Under the pieces are notes generated by a model. The model made no database searches. It worked only from the letters and a program-made list of their open reading frames with translations, and was not told the DNA's origin. The translations under genes and the position numbers were made by a program. Below are positions 37,070 through 52,329 of a DNA stretch of 64,000 bases, one piece after another; position 1 is the stretch's first letter; the number at the start of each line of letters is the position of its first letter. This DNA is from Octopus vulgaris (Eukaryota): contig OX597818.1 in NCBI GenBank assembly GCA_951406725.2, forward strand, positions 20,150,001 to 20,214,000, written 5' to 3'.

Positions 37070-39151
37070 GCAACTTTATTTCATTAAGGTTTGCCATAAA
37101 ATCATTACAAAGAGTAGCTTGCGGGTTGGACATATACATTGATGAGGTGAATGATGAAACAAGGATGATATTGATGGGAGAAGACAAAAAGTGCCCGCCG
37201 ATTTTCTGCTTCTCTAAAACATTGTTCTTTTTTTTTTCTAACATAATAAACAAAGCGAGGTATTGAACCTCTCACAACAGTTTTTACAATTATTGGACTT
37301 AATAGTCCATTACAAATAATAACATGCAATAGCATACAATAAAATATTCCATATACAATCAACACCAGTCCATTTACAAATGAGGCGCTGATCCTCTTAC
37401 ACATTATAACACTGAGGCTTTTCAACCTCTTGTCAATTTTCCACCTCATCATTGCTTGTGTCCGTGTACTCCACCATATCCCATGCTTGCTTTAAAATCA
37501 AGGTGTGCTCCGAGTTGGCGTCACCCGGCCACATGCGTTATTCCTCTTTTAGTCCCTCCAGCCTTTGAAACACGCGCAACGTTATGACCTCCACAGCTAT
37601 CTGCGGAGGCCATTCGGGATCCCGTGTGAAGGCCAAAGGTATTCCCTCGTAGTGTTCTTTCACTACCTTTTCCACCTCTTCGCCTCTATAAAAGAAGACC
37701 AACAGTTCTTCGTCCTCCGGGTCCGAAGGGGTCAATTTTACCGTTGGCGGCACAATTCGCGCCAATGGTGTCCCCCTACTCCGGTGGCACAACCGACGAG
37801 ACTCCGTGACACTCCGGCGCCTTGACGGCAATGTCCCGTTTTTCCTTCTCTTCCTCTTTTTTCTTCTCGACTGGGGAAGGGTGCGTCTCCAACGTGACCT
37901 GGAAATTCGCCTCCCCTCCCTCATCCCCAGGATCCTTCGGTGAGCACCCATTATTGCTCACCTTCTTCCTTTTGCGGCTCTTCTTTGAGGAGTGTTCCGT
38001 CTCTTCGACTGCCTTCATTCCCTCTACAGAGGTTTCCGTCAACCGCTCCAGGACTTTACCTTGCCCTTGAAAACAGTTCTTTTTTATATGGCCAGGCTTC
38101 AAGCATCGATGACACTTGGAGGGGGAAGGGCGTTCCTCAAGCATCACCGGATACCTGGACCCGGCTATTCTCAAAAAGTCTGAGACTATCAGACTTTCAG
38201 ATGACTGAGTCCATAGGGTCAAAACAGCTTTTGACCCCTCCCAGTCAGCCGCAGGCAGAATATTTACGTTGAGGAGCTTGGTGCTACTACCACTCAGTAA
38301 TAGACTTAATCGCTACTGCCCTGAGTAATAAACTTAATCGCTGGTTTAAATTCTGCCAGCTCTCTTTCGATTATATCCTTTCTAAAAACGGTAATGGCGT
38401 CGAGGGTCCTAGAGTAGGTCCTCAAAACCACCGTCTTACTTTCAAGTTCTTTTAACCATCTTTTGGGTGGTGTAATTTCCCACTCCACCAACTTTCCATT
38501 GTTATTTGCCATGTTTTATTAATGCCAAAAATATATTTCTTAAAATACAAAATAATTAAGGAAAAAGAAGAAAGAGAAAAATGTCCAAACAAAAAGGAAG
38601 GAGAGAAAAAAATTAACACTTCAATAAAGAGTTTTTAAAAAAAATAAAAGATAGATGAAGAGAGAGCAACAGTTCAAAACACACCAAAGGCCACTCGGTA
38701 CTCCAGGCCAAAATTTTAACGCAATTGTTAAACAGTTCAAAAAATCATTTCAATTTTCTTTTTTCTTTTTTTTTTTCACGCGTACTCCTTAACAGGAACA
38801 ATATTGTTGGAATTTTTAGAAAAATTCCAACAATATTCCGACAACCTCTTTTCAAAAACTGACAAACTATTTTCAAACAAAATTTTGCGGCAGGATGCGC
38901 CCACCAAAAATTTTCACAATTAAGAGAAAAAAAATTTCCACTCAGCCTCAGGCAGACAAGAATCCACTGAGGACTTCTTGTTTCGAAAAAAATAATTGCT
39001 GAAAACAACAGGTGTCCACTAGACAGAAAAAAGTCTTACCTTACAGCTGAGTTTCAAAAGTCTTCAATTTAGACGGCTTCAAAAACACGTCTTACAGCTT
39101 CGGTGTCAAACACAACTCTAATTCGCACATGCAAATGAGGTAGCAAGCCAT
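37070..39151 (-). mobile_element. ORF1-only (HAL1-like) Tx1/L1-related retroelement inserted into a family-B SINE
   Basis: Disrupted gag-like ORF from ATG at 38512 with the CCHC knuckle CHRCLKPGHIKKNC and basic tracts. No ORF2 motifs. AATAAA at the 3' end and an 11-bp TSD TTGCTTAC(C/G)AA splitting the SINE head. Confidence 0.8.
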
Positions 39152-40019
39152 TTGGTAAGCAAACTACTTACCACACAGCCATTCTTACGCAATAGAAGGC
39201 AATAACACATTCGGACAGATAGACGATACTAAGACGGACAAGAGAAACAACAATTAGAAAGACAGGCAAAAAAGACGAGTCATTCGTGGCCTTCTTTCCT
39301 CAGTCAAGTACCAGAAGTCACGATCGTTTCGGGCAGTTATACTTGAGACGGTTCGATCTGGTTGCCCCACCAAAAGTTTAATCTAAGAGCATTAGACCCC
39401 TTTGTAAGAAAGCTAGCGAATGTGTACGGCAATAAAGATATAAAACGGAGAACATGGTACACAAAAAGACAAAAAACAGGAAACATGGAACACAATTATG
39501 AATACAAACAACAAGAAAATAACAACAAGTGTTTTTCAACTGAGAACGAATCCAATTGAGCTGGCGTGTATGAAGTGAAAGCCTAAATGCAGGAACATTG
39601 GAGATGGACATAAGAGGTGATAGCGGTCGTTAGTCAGGCCAAGAAAGAAAGATCATGGCTGGCCGGACACCGGTCACGTGGAAGGAGAAGAGATGGGTAA
39701 GAAGCAGCGAGACTGAAAGATTAGGAAAAAATCAGAGACAAAGAGAAAGGTACAGGGGAGATAAACGAGTGTGAAATAGTGGGAGTTAAAGAAAGAGAGG
39801 GTCGTTAGACCAGAACGAAGGTAAAATAGCGAACGCTGGAGAAATATTTTCTTGGGAAAGAGAAAAGGTAGAAGAGGGGGATATAGAAGACGTCCAGTCC
39901 TTAGAACGTCGTGTACGAAAAGAAAGATGGTCACGTGAGGAAAAGAAAGATTGAAGATGGTCACGTGCGAGCAACGAGAGAGAGGGCAGAGAGGGAGAGA
40001 GACAGATAGAAAGCTATAC

Positions 40020-40052
<33 letters not shown>

Positions 40053-40053
40053 T

Positions 40054-40144
<91 letters not shown>

Positions 40145-40274
40145 CATATATCATATGGGAAGCTTATTAGATTCTGCACTCATCACTTTCTGCTGTATTC
40201 TATATTCTGTATTTTATGTAGTTTGTTCTTAGTGCTTGCTCTTGGGCAGCACAGATTAGAGCCTCCGTTTCCGG

Positions 40275-40725
40275 TTTTAAATTACTTTTAGTCATCCACA
40301 GTCATCTTTTTTCTCTGTCAGTCTTATCTTCAACATCCCTATGAAATTGTCCATGCATTCTTTTCTTTACCCACCTATTTTCAGTTTCATTCGTTTCCAG
40401 TGCTTTAACTTTGCAATCTTCCATCCTACACAAGCCTGACCTTCCAATAATAGCGGTTCTGTGGCATTTTTACATACCATGCTATGTTGTTTTCTTCTGC
40501 TCTAATGCTGTGTTCGCATCCAATAAGTCCTCTTTCTCCTCTTTTTCTTGGTACATATAGTCTGTCAGTGTCACTTTTTGAGTGGAGTGTCCCATATCTA
40601 GTTAGCAACTTCCTTGTTTTTCTGTTTAAGTTGCTTAGTTCGTCTACTGTTCATGCGATTACCCCTGCTCCATATCTAAGGAGTGAAACTGTCCAGGTGT
40701 TGATAGCTTCAATCTTATTCCGTCC
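40275..40725 (-). mobile_element. Dong/R4-type LINE RT C-terminal fragment
   Basis: AINTWTVSLLRYGAG and LHSKSDTDRLYVPRKRGERGL motifs. Confidence 0.85.
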
Positions 40726-41529
40726 AGTAATAACACAAGCACAGGTCAATTTCAGTCCTTTATTATTAGTCAATTGGTTAAGTATCTAACCAACTGAATA
40801 ATCGAGCGTTTGTTTAATGTGCTGGTTTCATCAATCAATTGGTTGTTTGTTAGTTAATGTTCTTCCGTCGCTGCCCGCGACATGAACATGATTTAGTGAC
40901 ATTCTCTCTTGCCCCAAGGTGTCTCCTGCGCCTGTCTGAGAATGTGTGTATGCATGCTTGCATGTATGTGTATACATGCTTTTTTTCCTCTACTCTAGGC
41001 ACAAGGCCCGAAATTTGGGGGAGGAGGGCCAGTCGATTAGATCGATCCCAGTATGTAACTGGTACTTAATTTATTGAACCCGAAAGGATGAAAGGCAAAG
41101 TCGACCTCGGCGGAATTTGAACTCAGAACGTAACGGCAGACGAAATACGGCAACGCATTTCGCCCGGCGTGGTAACGTTTCTGCCAACTCGCCGCCATGC
41201 GTGTATACATATGTGCTATAAAAATGATATCCATGTGTATACGTACACATGTATACAGAGCTCTCGGAAGAAATTTGATCAAAACTAATTTGAGGACAAG
41301 TCCACTTACAATTCATTATAAATACGAGCTGAAGAATTAGAATATTCGGTTTCCATAGCAGCAATGTCTGCAAGCGCAGGCGTGGCCGTGTGGTAAGAAG
41401 CTTGCTTCCTAACTACTGATTTGGGGTTCAGTTTCACTGCATGGCACCTTGGGTAAGTATTTTCTAGTATAGCCTCGGGCCGACCAAAGCGTGAGTGGGT
41501 TTCGCAGACGGAAACGGAAAGAAGTTCAT

Positions 41530-41560
<31 letters not shown>

Positions 41561-42271
41561 ACGTGCGTGTCTTTGTGTGTGGGTCTGTCTGTGTTTGTTC
41601 TCCATTACCGCTTTACAACCAGTGTTGGAGTGTTTACATCCCGGTCACTTAGCGGTTCGGCAAAAGAAGAGACTGATTGAATAAGTACTTGGCTTAAAAA
41701 AAAAAGAAAACAATTTCTGGGGGCGATTTCTTCCACTAAAGCCCTTCAACTCGCAGCCCTTGCATGGTCGTAGTGAAATGACTGAAACAAGTAAAAAATA
41801 TGAAAAAAAAGCAAAAAAAAAAAAACAAGAGGAAGAAAGAAGTTCTTCGTATATTCCATTCTTCAGGTGGTAACGCATGTAGGGAGGCCTATTCTGCTCC
41901 CGCGGACAACGGCGAAAAGGTTTTCAACTAACTTGTTCATGAAGTTTAATGTTTGTTTGGTGTTTAATGGCGATTTTGTCCTTGGTCAGTGCAAGAATGA
42001 ACCGTTCGTTCGTAGTGAACTATTAAAAGGATAATTTCTTCAACACAGCATCATATAAGCGTTTTCTTGCAATTAGTGCTAGGAGACGTCATTTACAAAT
42101 ATGTTGTATAAAATGCATAGGTGTATATGGACACAAACACATACACACGCATATATACATATATACATACACACCTATATACTTACACACGCATGTATAA
42201 GCATATACATATATTGCATGTATATACATGTATATTATATGCATACAAATACATATATACGAATGTGTGAG

Positions 42272-42309
<38 letters not shown>

Positions 42310-42504
42310 CTATATATTCCCACGCACACTCACACACACTGACATATATACCTATACATACAAACACATATACAACACATATATATCCATTTATATATAT
42401 TTATCCATATATATATATACATATGTATTATATATATATATATATAGATACATATATATATACATAGATGTGTATAAATATATCTGTAGATATATATGTA
42501 TTTC

Positions 42505-42542
<38 letters not shown>

Positions 42543-43358
42543 ATACAGACACATACATATACATACATACGTGCATGCGTACTTACTTACATACATACAT
42601 ACATACATACATACATGCATTCATTCGTACATTCGTACATACATACATACTTACATACATACATACATACATACAACTCAACCGTTCTGTGAGACTCAAG
42701 GATACATAATCTATCTTTGCAATTCAACCCTAACCCATTCACAGCAGACCCTTATCCCCTTTTATCAACACATCTGATAAGCTTTGCTCTCTTCTCGATC
42801 CAACAACCCACCACCCACCACTCATCCCCCACCACCAACCCATCCAACCAACCACCCAGCCGAGCAACCCGCCTACCATCCATCTCCCCATATCATTCTA
42901 CTTCTCAATCACCCTGTCACTCACCAGGCCCTGTATACTAACGGCTGTCTTAGTAACCCCAGCACCCGTCACATCCACCCCATTTCTGCTACCAGAATAT
43001 GAGACATGGATGGGTGTGAAAAAGTTTGCAGGGGTAGGAAAATATGGTGTTTTTAGATTGAGACTTGATATTTCGGGGTGTAGGACGGGAGGATTTTTTC
43101 CCACATAAACACAAATCCTCCCTTTTGGTTACGAGATTACTCCATGATTATTGTAATAACAAAACTTAAACACACACACACACATACACACACACACACC
43201 TAAGCAAGCACTCATTCCCGCACACTCATATGTACGAACACGCTCACTTAGATTTGAAGTACAATTTAAGGTGTGTTAGTGTGCCATCGAGAATAACAGA
43301 TCATATATCTCAAACATACACTTACACACATACACATATATGGAGAGAGAGAGAGAGA

Positions 43359-43394
<36 letters not shown>

Positions 43395-43929
43395 AACTTT
43401 CACATTCTTTTATTTGTTTCATTCATTTGACTGAAACATCGCGTTTAGGCGAACAAATCGACCCAGGACGTATTCAAAAAGCAGACGCACAAACATATAC
43501 ATATACAATAGGCTTCTTTCAGTTTCCGTAGTATTTTTTTCTTTCTACTACAAGCAAAGGACCTGAAAATTTTGGATAAGTGGCTAGTCGATTACATCGA
43601 CCTCAGTGTTCAACTGGTACTTTATCTATTGACTCTAAAAAGATGAAAGGCAATGTTGACCTCGGCGGAATTTGAACTCAGAACGTAAAGGTGGGCGAAA
43701 TGACGTTAAGCATTTTATCCGGCGTGCCAACGATTCTGCCGTGCTTTCCCCACTCTCGCCTCTCCCACCTCCCAACAACAACACACCACACCACACTACA
43801 CCATACAACATTACACATCACATCACAACACACCACCCACACATCTATCCTCACTTTTTCACACCTACACATACATACACGCACACGTCCAGACCACCAG
43901 CCCTCTTTCAAACGCACATGCATACTCTC

Positions 43930-44197
43930 TTATACACACACGCACCTTAGTGTTGGGGGGGGGGGTCATCTTTACTTTGTTATCTCCCCTACTTTCCTTC
44001 TCGTGTGTGACCCTTCTCTCCGAGTCAGACGCCATGATACACACATTTTTTTTCTCCTTGTTTTCTGTGTCCCTTTCTGTAGAAGAGCGTAGGCTCGAAA
44101 CGTAAAAGACTTTGTCTATTCCTGAGCGTTATGCTAATACATCTGTTTGTTTTGTACACCACCTGTCTTCGTCTTTTGTTTTTTCCGTAAACTCTCC

Positions 44198-44200
<3 letters not shown>
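43930..44200 (+). mobile_element. Penelope-like pseudo-LTR with a degenerate minimal HHR
   Basis: CUUU-CUGUAGA(44077-44083)-A-GAGC guag GCUC-GAAA(44097-44100)-CG-UA-AAAG. A deleted relative lies at ~13900-14035. Confidence 0.65.
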
Positions 44201-44273
<73 letters not shown>

Positions 44274-44278
44274 ATCTA

Positions 44279-44341
<63 letters not shown>

Positions 44342-44346
<5 letters not shown>

Positions 44347-45106
44347 GCGACTCCAAGTAATCAGCTCACTCGGGCTCATCATAGATTTCGTCACTCTGAT
44401 TCATCACAAATTTTGCATAAGATACGTGCCTGCTCGAAGAATTTCACGTTTTCCCGCAATGTTTTTTTATCCTAAATGGCTTATTTTTTTTTTATATAGC
44501 ACACTATGTCTTTCCCCATTTATAAGTTAAGGGTAAAAATAAAGTAACCCTGCGAAACACAATTGTTTACATACACGCACAGAATAACTGCAATCAAATA
44601 ACGACAGCGGAGTGCACAACAAACTTCAGTGATCTAACTGTCGCCTGTACTCTTGGCAAGAGATGTCATTTAGTCTTTTACACGTTGCAGGCTCGTTCGT
44701 ATTAGCCCGAGTTCCTTTAAGAATATTATAGAACGGAAACTTTTCATAGATTGGAATTTAAATCTTAATCTCTATAGAAATGTATTGTTTCAAGAAATCA
44801 TTGAATTTGAATTACTTTGAATTTTTACGATTATAGATAACAACTCGGGCTGTGATTTCTAATCCCTAGTCAGGCGCGTGTGAACGATGTCGAGAGAAGT
44901 CTGCTACGAATGATATTTTTTGACACAGGGCGCCAGACGCGGAACAAAAATAAATGAACTGCGACCACGCTCAATAATAGGAGCCCAAATTATTGGCTGA
45001 AATTACATGCGTGACGTTAGCATTGGTAGAAATTAAATCAGCTTGCATATACATGCTCACTTTACTAAATTTATACTAAATTTATACCCGAAAGCCTGAG
45101 TTGCCA

Positions 45107-45109
<3 letters not shown>
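44342..45109. mobile_element. Probable hAT-type non-autonomous element inserted in (AT)n
   Basis: Termini CAGAGGCGACTC / GAGTTGCCACTG (10 of 12 complementary), flanked by ATATATAT on both sides. Confidence 0.65.
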
Positions 45110-45149
<40 letters not shown>

Positions 45150-45562
45150 CTCTTTTACTCTTTTACTCTTTTACTTGTTTCAGTCAGTTGACTGCGGCCA
45201 TGCTGGAGCACCGCCTTTAGTCGAGCAAATCGACCCCGGGACTTATTCTTTGTTAGCCCAGTACTTATTCTATCGGTCTCTTTTGCCGAACCGCTAAGTG
45301 ACGGGGACATAAACACACCAGCATCGGTTGTCAAGCGATGTTGGGGGGACAAACACAGACATACAAACATACACACACATAAATATATATATACATATAT
45401 ACGACGGGCTTCTTTCAATTTCCGTCTACCAAATCCACTCACAAGGCATTGGTCGGCCCGGGGCTATAGTAGAAGACACTTGCCCAAGATGCCACGCAGT
45501 GGGACTGAACCCGGAACCATGTGGTTGGTAAGCAAGCTACTAACCACACATCCACTCCTACG

Positions 45563-45610
<48 letters not shown>

Positions 45611-45717
45611 TACATACATACATAAGTAAATACATACATACATACATACATGCATACATACATACATACATACATACATACATACATACATACATACATA
45701 CATACATACATACATAC

Positions 45718-45748
<31 letters not shown>

Positions 45749-45789
45749 CATACATACATTCTTACATAATCTCTAAATGTTATCAACTG

Positions 45790-46500
45790 AACTGAATGTG
45801 TTTCGCTGATAAGATCTAACAAGTTCGAAACAAGTCCTTTGTAATTATGTTTGACTTTCAAGACCCGTTCCTCTCTAAATTGCATCGTCTGTAGTTTTCA
45901 AAAAAAGTATCATTTAGGAAAGACGCGTTCAAGTTCCATTTTCAGTAACCAGGTCTCTGCGATTATGTCCTATCTAGATTATTCATGCACGTCACAAATG
46001 TGTTGTCTGCAGTCAACCAGTTGCAAATGTAGACAGTCTTTCCGTCTCAATCCATTGATCTTCCACCAGCTACATGTAGACTCGATTACGCTATCCTGAT
46101 GCGGTTGTTTCATTTTCCTCACTGGCACATTCGAAAAATCCACTTGGCATCTGTCAAACAATTAGAAAACTTTGAGCTGGTGTGCAGTAACACCATACAT
46201 TCACATCGTGCGTCTAATATGTTATTTTAGTCCCCCACTAATTCTGAAGAGCGGCATGTTTCCAAGGAAGCTTCTAAACGCCGGAAGACGTCTATACTCC
46301 ACTTCTAGACATCTATGTTTCGACCTGTTGGTCTTTTATTGGGAATCATTGTTGCCCAATCAATAAAGAGCCATTTTAGTACCTGGTTCGGATTATTCAA
46401 GGGAGCTTTGAAAGTGGTATTTTTCTGGCACTATGTCAAATGACAACCACCAATGTTTTGATGATAATATCTTCGCTGCCGTTTACATCCAGCACTACCG
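45790..46500 (-). mobile_element. Highly decayed Tx1-type APE fragment
   Basis: VVLDVNGS and frameshifted LVGD..N.ILDAR remnants resembling 24500-24910. Confidence 0.55.
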
Positions 46501-47276
46501 ATGTACCAGCTTTACTATAAAGGCAATTAATTGCTCCAAAATCCTGATTATATTCTGAAATAAATTAATTTTTAAAATAATTTGATTTTCAGTTAAATTC
46601 TCCATAATCCTGATTATATTCTAAAATGAATTAATTTAAAAACAAAATTGATTTTCATAACCAATACTGAAAATTTAAGTTATAACAAATGTGTGTAAGT
46701 ATGTATATGTGTGTATGTATGTATGTATATGTCTTAGATCTTACGTTTATGTTTGTATCCTAAAACCGTTTAACAATCGGTATTGGCTTGTCTAAGTCTC
46801 CATGACTTAGCAGTTCGGAAAAATGACTGATAGAATATGTACCAGGCTTTAAAAACTGTAAATAGTGGAGTCAAATAGTTCGACAGAACCCTTCAAGGCG
46901 GTATCCCAGTATGGTCGCTGCCTAATGACTGAAACAAGTAAAAGATAAAGTATATCTTATCAAGAAAGGCAAAAGAAATAAAGCCGAATTTCAGAATAAG
47001 TTAAAACAAAATGGCATCATGCAGTAGAGGCTGAGTTTCATCTTTGATAAGAATGGTGACGACTTTGGACATATTTCCTACTTATTAAAACTCCTCAGCA
47101 AATATATTAGTGCGGTTGTGCATATGTGTGGCTGTGTGGTAAGAGACTTGCTTCCCAGCCATATTGCTCGGGATTCAATCCCACTGCATGGCACCTTGGG
47201 CAAGTGTCTTATACTATAGCCACGAGTCGACCAAAACTTTGTGAGTAGATTTGGTAGACGGAAACTGAAAGAAACC

Positions 47277-47359
<83 letters not shown>

Positions 47360-47489
47360 CTATGTTTGTCCCCCACCACCGCTGGACAACCGGTGTTGGT
47401 GTGTTTGCATTCCCGTAACTTAGCGGTTCGGCAAAAGACACCTATAGAAGTACCAGGCTTAAAAAATAAGTACTGGAGTCGATTCACCC

Positions 47490-47596
47490 GACTTTTTTCA
47501 CGAAAAATTTCTCTAAATGTTTTTAGAAATGCGGCCCGCCTGACAATGAGCAATGTTCCATTGTGGCCCGCTTCCGAGAAAGGTTGCTCATGCCTG
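47490..47596. mobile_element. hAT (Charlie-like) terminal fragment
   Basis: Ends GGTTGCTCATGCCTG with subterminal G(C/T)GGCCCGC motifs. Confidence 0.6.
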
Positions 47597-47971
47597 GAGT
47601 AGGTGCTTCTTCGTTTTCCTGAGATATATGTATGCATTTATGTATGCATGCTTGCATGTATACGTATATTTGTGCACTGTTTATGCGCGCGCGAGTGTAC
47701 GTGTGTGTGTGTGAAACATATGACAGAACCAGACGACAGTCGATGCATTAAGATGTCCAGACGAAAATTTACAAGAGAACAATGTTTATATTACAAATAA
47801 CTTACACAAACATATGTACACTAATAAAAAAAATCAACGGAACAATTTGCGTACATTAATATATACATAAATATACATAGATACATGCAGGTTTATAATG
47901 AAGTTAATTACCTTTCAACTAATTTTTGGCAGACGTTCTCACACTTCAAATATACATGTCTGATATTTATG

Positions 47972-48059
<88 letters not shown>

Positions 48060-48155
48060 TCTATGTATATATGTATGCATATCTATTTATCTATCTATAT
48101 ATGTATATATATGTATGTATATATGTATGTATATATATATGTGTATATGTATATG

Positions 48156-48214
<59 letters not shown>

Positions 48215-48574
48215 TATATATAGTATATTGATATATGCTACATATATATGCTTTTATGCACTAAGCGCCTATACGAAAGAGTCTCTCAAGGCTAATAACG
48301 CAGTAATCGGTTAAGGTGGATATAAAGATTACCTCTTGACATACATGTTTATGTTTATATGTCTTCCCTCTTTCTCTCTCTTTCTTATAACATCTCTGTA
48401 TACGTATTGACAGAAAACACACATGTATGCATATATGTATTCATACATACATACATACATACATGAATCCATGCATATAAATACACAAACATACATACAT
48501 ATATGCATGAGTACGTAAATGTGTACGTACATATATACATATATGTATGTGTAGATAGATAACATAAAGAACGA

Positions 48575-48900
48575 CGGTTCAAAAAATACTGGTGGAACCG
48601 ACCTGATATTGTTGTTTGGTACCACGAAGCAAAAACATGCTCTGTTGAAGAAGTCATACAGATGCCCATTTGACATCGGTCCAGTTACTAAAAATACAAG
48701 AAGAAAAAGGAAGATATCTACAAGTCTTTGATGAGATGTCTGCAAATCCAGTACCCGAAATACACTTAGTTTTATACTTATTATTATCGTAGCGACAGGG
48801 TATACTTACAACCCTAAATAAAATTGTGGTTGGACTTGAATTCTTGGAGAAAGAACGCAGTTCTATCATTCAAACACTAAAGATAACCATGATATGTACA
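48575..48900 (+). mobile_element. Old RLE-domain LINE fragment related to 34410-35692
   Basis: KYWWNRPDIVVWYHEAKTCSVEEV and EDIYKSLMRCLQIQYPKY. Confidence 0.75.
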
Positions 48901-51900
48901 AGAATGATAAAATCTGTAAGACTTGCTTGGAATTTAAATGATGGATTCTTAAAATCTAAGCTCGATGGATTACTAAGAGAACAGAAAATGAACTCGAAAA
49001 CTCCACATAAAAAGAGAAACACATACATACATATATATATATACATACATATATATATATATATACTTACGCACACGTGAATATACACAAACACTCGTGC
49101 ACATACATTCATACATATATGCATTCATGTATACATATGCGCATGCACACGTACACACATGCATAAATTCACACTTACATGCATACATACAGTCACACTT
49201 ACATCCATACCTACATTTATACATACATACCTACATATATATATGCACACATAGAAACATACAGACATGCATGCATGCATACATACATACATACATGCAC
49301 ACATGCACACATGCACATATGCACACATGCATATATAGAAACACTCATACACACCCGTGCATATACATTCATACATACATGCATTCATGTATACATATAC
49401 TTATGCACACGTGCACACATGCATAAATTCACACTTACATGCATACATACATTCTCACTTACATGCATACCTACATTCATACATACATACCTACATTCAT
49501 ACATACATACCTACATATATATTTTTTCTTTACTACCCACAAGGGGCTAAACATAGAAAGGACAAACAAGGACAGACAAAGGGATTAAGTCGATTACATC
49601 GACCCCAGTGCGAAACTGGTACTTTATTTATCCACTCCGAAAGGATGAAAGGCAAAGTCGACCTCGGCGGAATTTGAACTCAGAACGTAACGACAGACGA
49701 AATACCGCTGAGCATTTCGCCCGGCGCGCTAACGTTTCTGCCAGCTCGCCGCCTAACCTACATATATATATATATGCACGCATACATACATACATACATA
49801 TATACATACATACATACATACACGCATGCATACATACATACATACATACATACATACATACATACATACATACATACATACATACATACATACATACATG
49901 CAGGCATACATACATATATATCGGCCAGATATTGTTGTTTCGAACTACAAAGAGAGGTGTTCTGTTGTGGAAATCAGCTGCCTCACTGCTCAGTAACAAT
50001 TTCGAGTTGATGGGTTCACAAGGCAAGAAAGAACATGCCTAATTAAAATCTTACAGCTACAACTTAGTTCAAAATGCAGTAACATGTACATATGCAATGG
50101 CCTCCATATTTGTGCCCATGTGTATATTCACATATATGTGTATATGCATACACATTCGCACGACTGCATTAGATACATGCATATAGACATGTGTGTGTGT
50201 GTGTGTGTGTGGTTCAGTGGTGAGAGCATCGGACTCACAATAATGACGTAGTGAGTTCGGTTCCCGGACCGGACTGTGCATTGTGTTCTTGAACAAGACA
50301 CTTTATTTCATATTGTTCCAGTTCACTCAGCTGGAGAAATTAGTTGCGATGTCATTGGTGCCAAGCTATATTGGCCTTTCCCTTTCCCTTGGATAATACC
50401 GGTGGCGTGGAGAGGGGAGGCTGGTTCGCATGTACGACTCCTGGTCTTCCTTAAACAACTTTGCCCGGACTTGTGCCTCGGAGGTGCAATCCCATGGTCA
50501 TCCAAAGGGGCTCTTTTTCTTATATATATATACGTGCATCTGTGCATAAATGCCCACGCATATACATAAAATGCATGCATACATGCATAATAAAGACTAC
50601 ACTGTTGGTGTCTAAATTCCAGTGAGAGAGGCTATTTAGTAATCTCGTCTTTTGCGTATTTTAATCTTTCATCATCAGAAGTTGTTGAAGAAAACTGAAA
50701 CGATCCTTATAAACCGGGTTTGGAAAATCAGATTTGTGAGGCATAGGCTCCTTGCACATGGCATTTCGAAATATTTAATGTTTTTTATTGTTTTCGTTGT
50801 GGAATTATTTAAAATTGTATGATTATAAATAGGTATCGTCTGTGTGAATTTGCGGTTCACACCAAATCGTTGATATTGCAAACGGCATATGTTTTACTTT
50901 CTTTTGTTTCATATTTTAAGTGGCTCAACGCAATATTTACATACTTTATGAAGGGTCTATGATTCATCTTGGCCACTATTCTTGATATCGAAATACAAAA
51001 GGCTGTTTCAAGTGCGTATATCAATTTATATCAGTAATATTTTCACGGGACTGCTTGTCATATTCTATTTTTGAAAAAAATACACAATGATAAATTTATA
51101 TATTTTTATCTTTTACCTGTTTCAGTCATTGGACTGAATGAGTCAATCGAATGAATCATTTTCATTTCATTTCATTTCATCTAGTTTCAGCTCACGAGCT
51201 GTGGCCATGCTGGGGCACCGCCCAGTATTTTTTTTTAAGCCTGGAACCTATTCTATCATTCTCTTATGCCGAATCGATATGTTACGGAGATGTAAGCATC
51301 CCAACACCAATTGTTAAGCAGTGGAGTGAGTGTCAAACACAAACATAAAGACACATAGATATATACGCCTATCTATATGCAATAGGCTTCTTTCAGTTTC
51401 TCTTTGCTAACTCCACACGCAAGTCTTTTGTCAGACTAGTGCTATAGTAGAAGACACATGCCTAAGTTGCCACGGTGTAAGAATGAACCCGGAACCATGG
51501 GGTTGGGAAGCAAACGCCTTACCACCCAGCCACACTTCCGCCTATTTAAAATTTTTTTTACTTGTTTCAGTTATTAGACTGTGGCCATGTTGGAGCACCA
51601 CCCTGAAGAATTTTTAGTCGAATGCATCGACTCCAGTACTTATTTTTTGAAAGCCTCTACGGTCTCTTTTGCTGAACCGCTAAGTTACGGGGACGTAAAC
51701 ACACCAGCACCGGTTGTCAAACGGGGGAGGAGAAACAAATACAGACACAAAGACACACATACACATACACACGCGCATATATATATATACGACGGGCTTC
51801 TTTCAGTTTCCGTCTACCAAATCCACTCACAAAGCTCTTTAGTAGAAGACTCTTGCTCAAGGTGCTACTTGAGGAACTGAACCTCGACCCATGCAATTGT

Positions 51901-52329
51901 GAAGCAAGCGTCTTACCACATAGCCATGCCTGAAAAAAAAATGAATAAATCAATGAAAAAAGAAGTTACTTAATATGTAGTCAATGAAAATATAATCTTT
52001 CTTCTCATCTGTGAAAAACTATCACGTGATGGTATAAAATCAATAGCTTTTTCGAATTCAGCTTACTTGATTATATATAAATCACCTGAAAATAATTAAA
52101 CAATTTTATCATTGTTGCTCATTGATATTAGAAAAAAAATTTTAAAAGTGTTTTTCTTCACATCTGAGTGCAGATCTTGCTGAGATCGAATTTGCTTCTT
52201 TGCTTTTCATCCTTTCTGAATCGATAAAATAAAGTAGCGGTTAAATACCGAAGCCAATTTAATCGACTATTACTTCCACTCGTCAGGCAATGCGTTTGCT
52301 GTCAACACCCGCTGAGTGCAAAACTGGAC

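Noticed and set aside
45806-45836. HHR-like CTGATAA...GAAACAAGTC
   Set aside because: G8 is missing, there is no helix I, and it lies in the antisense of a LINE fragment.
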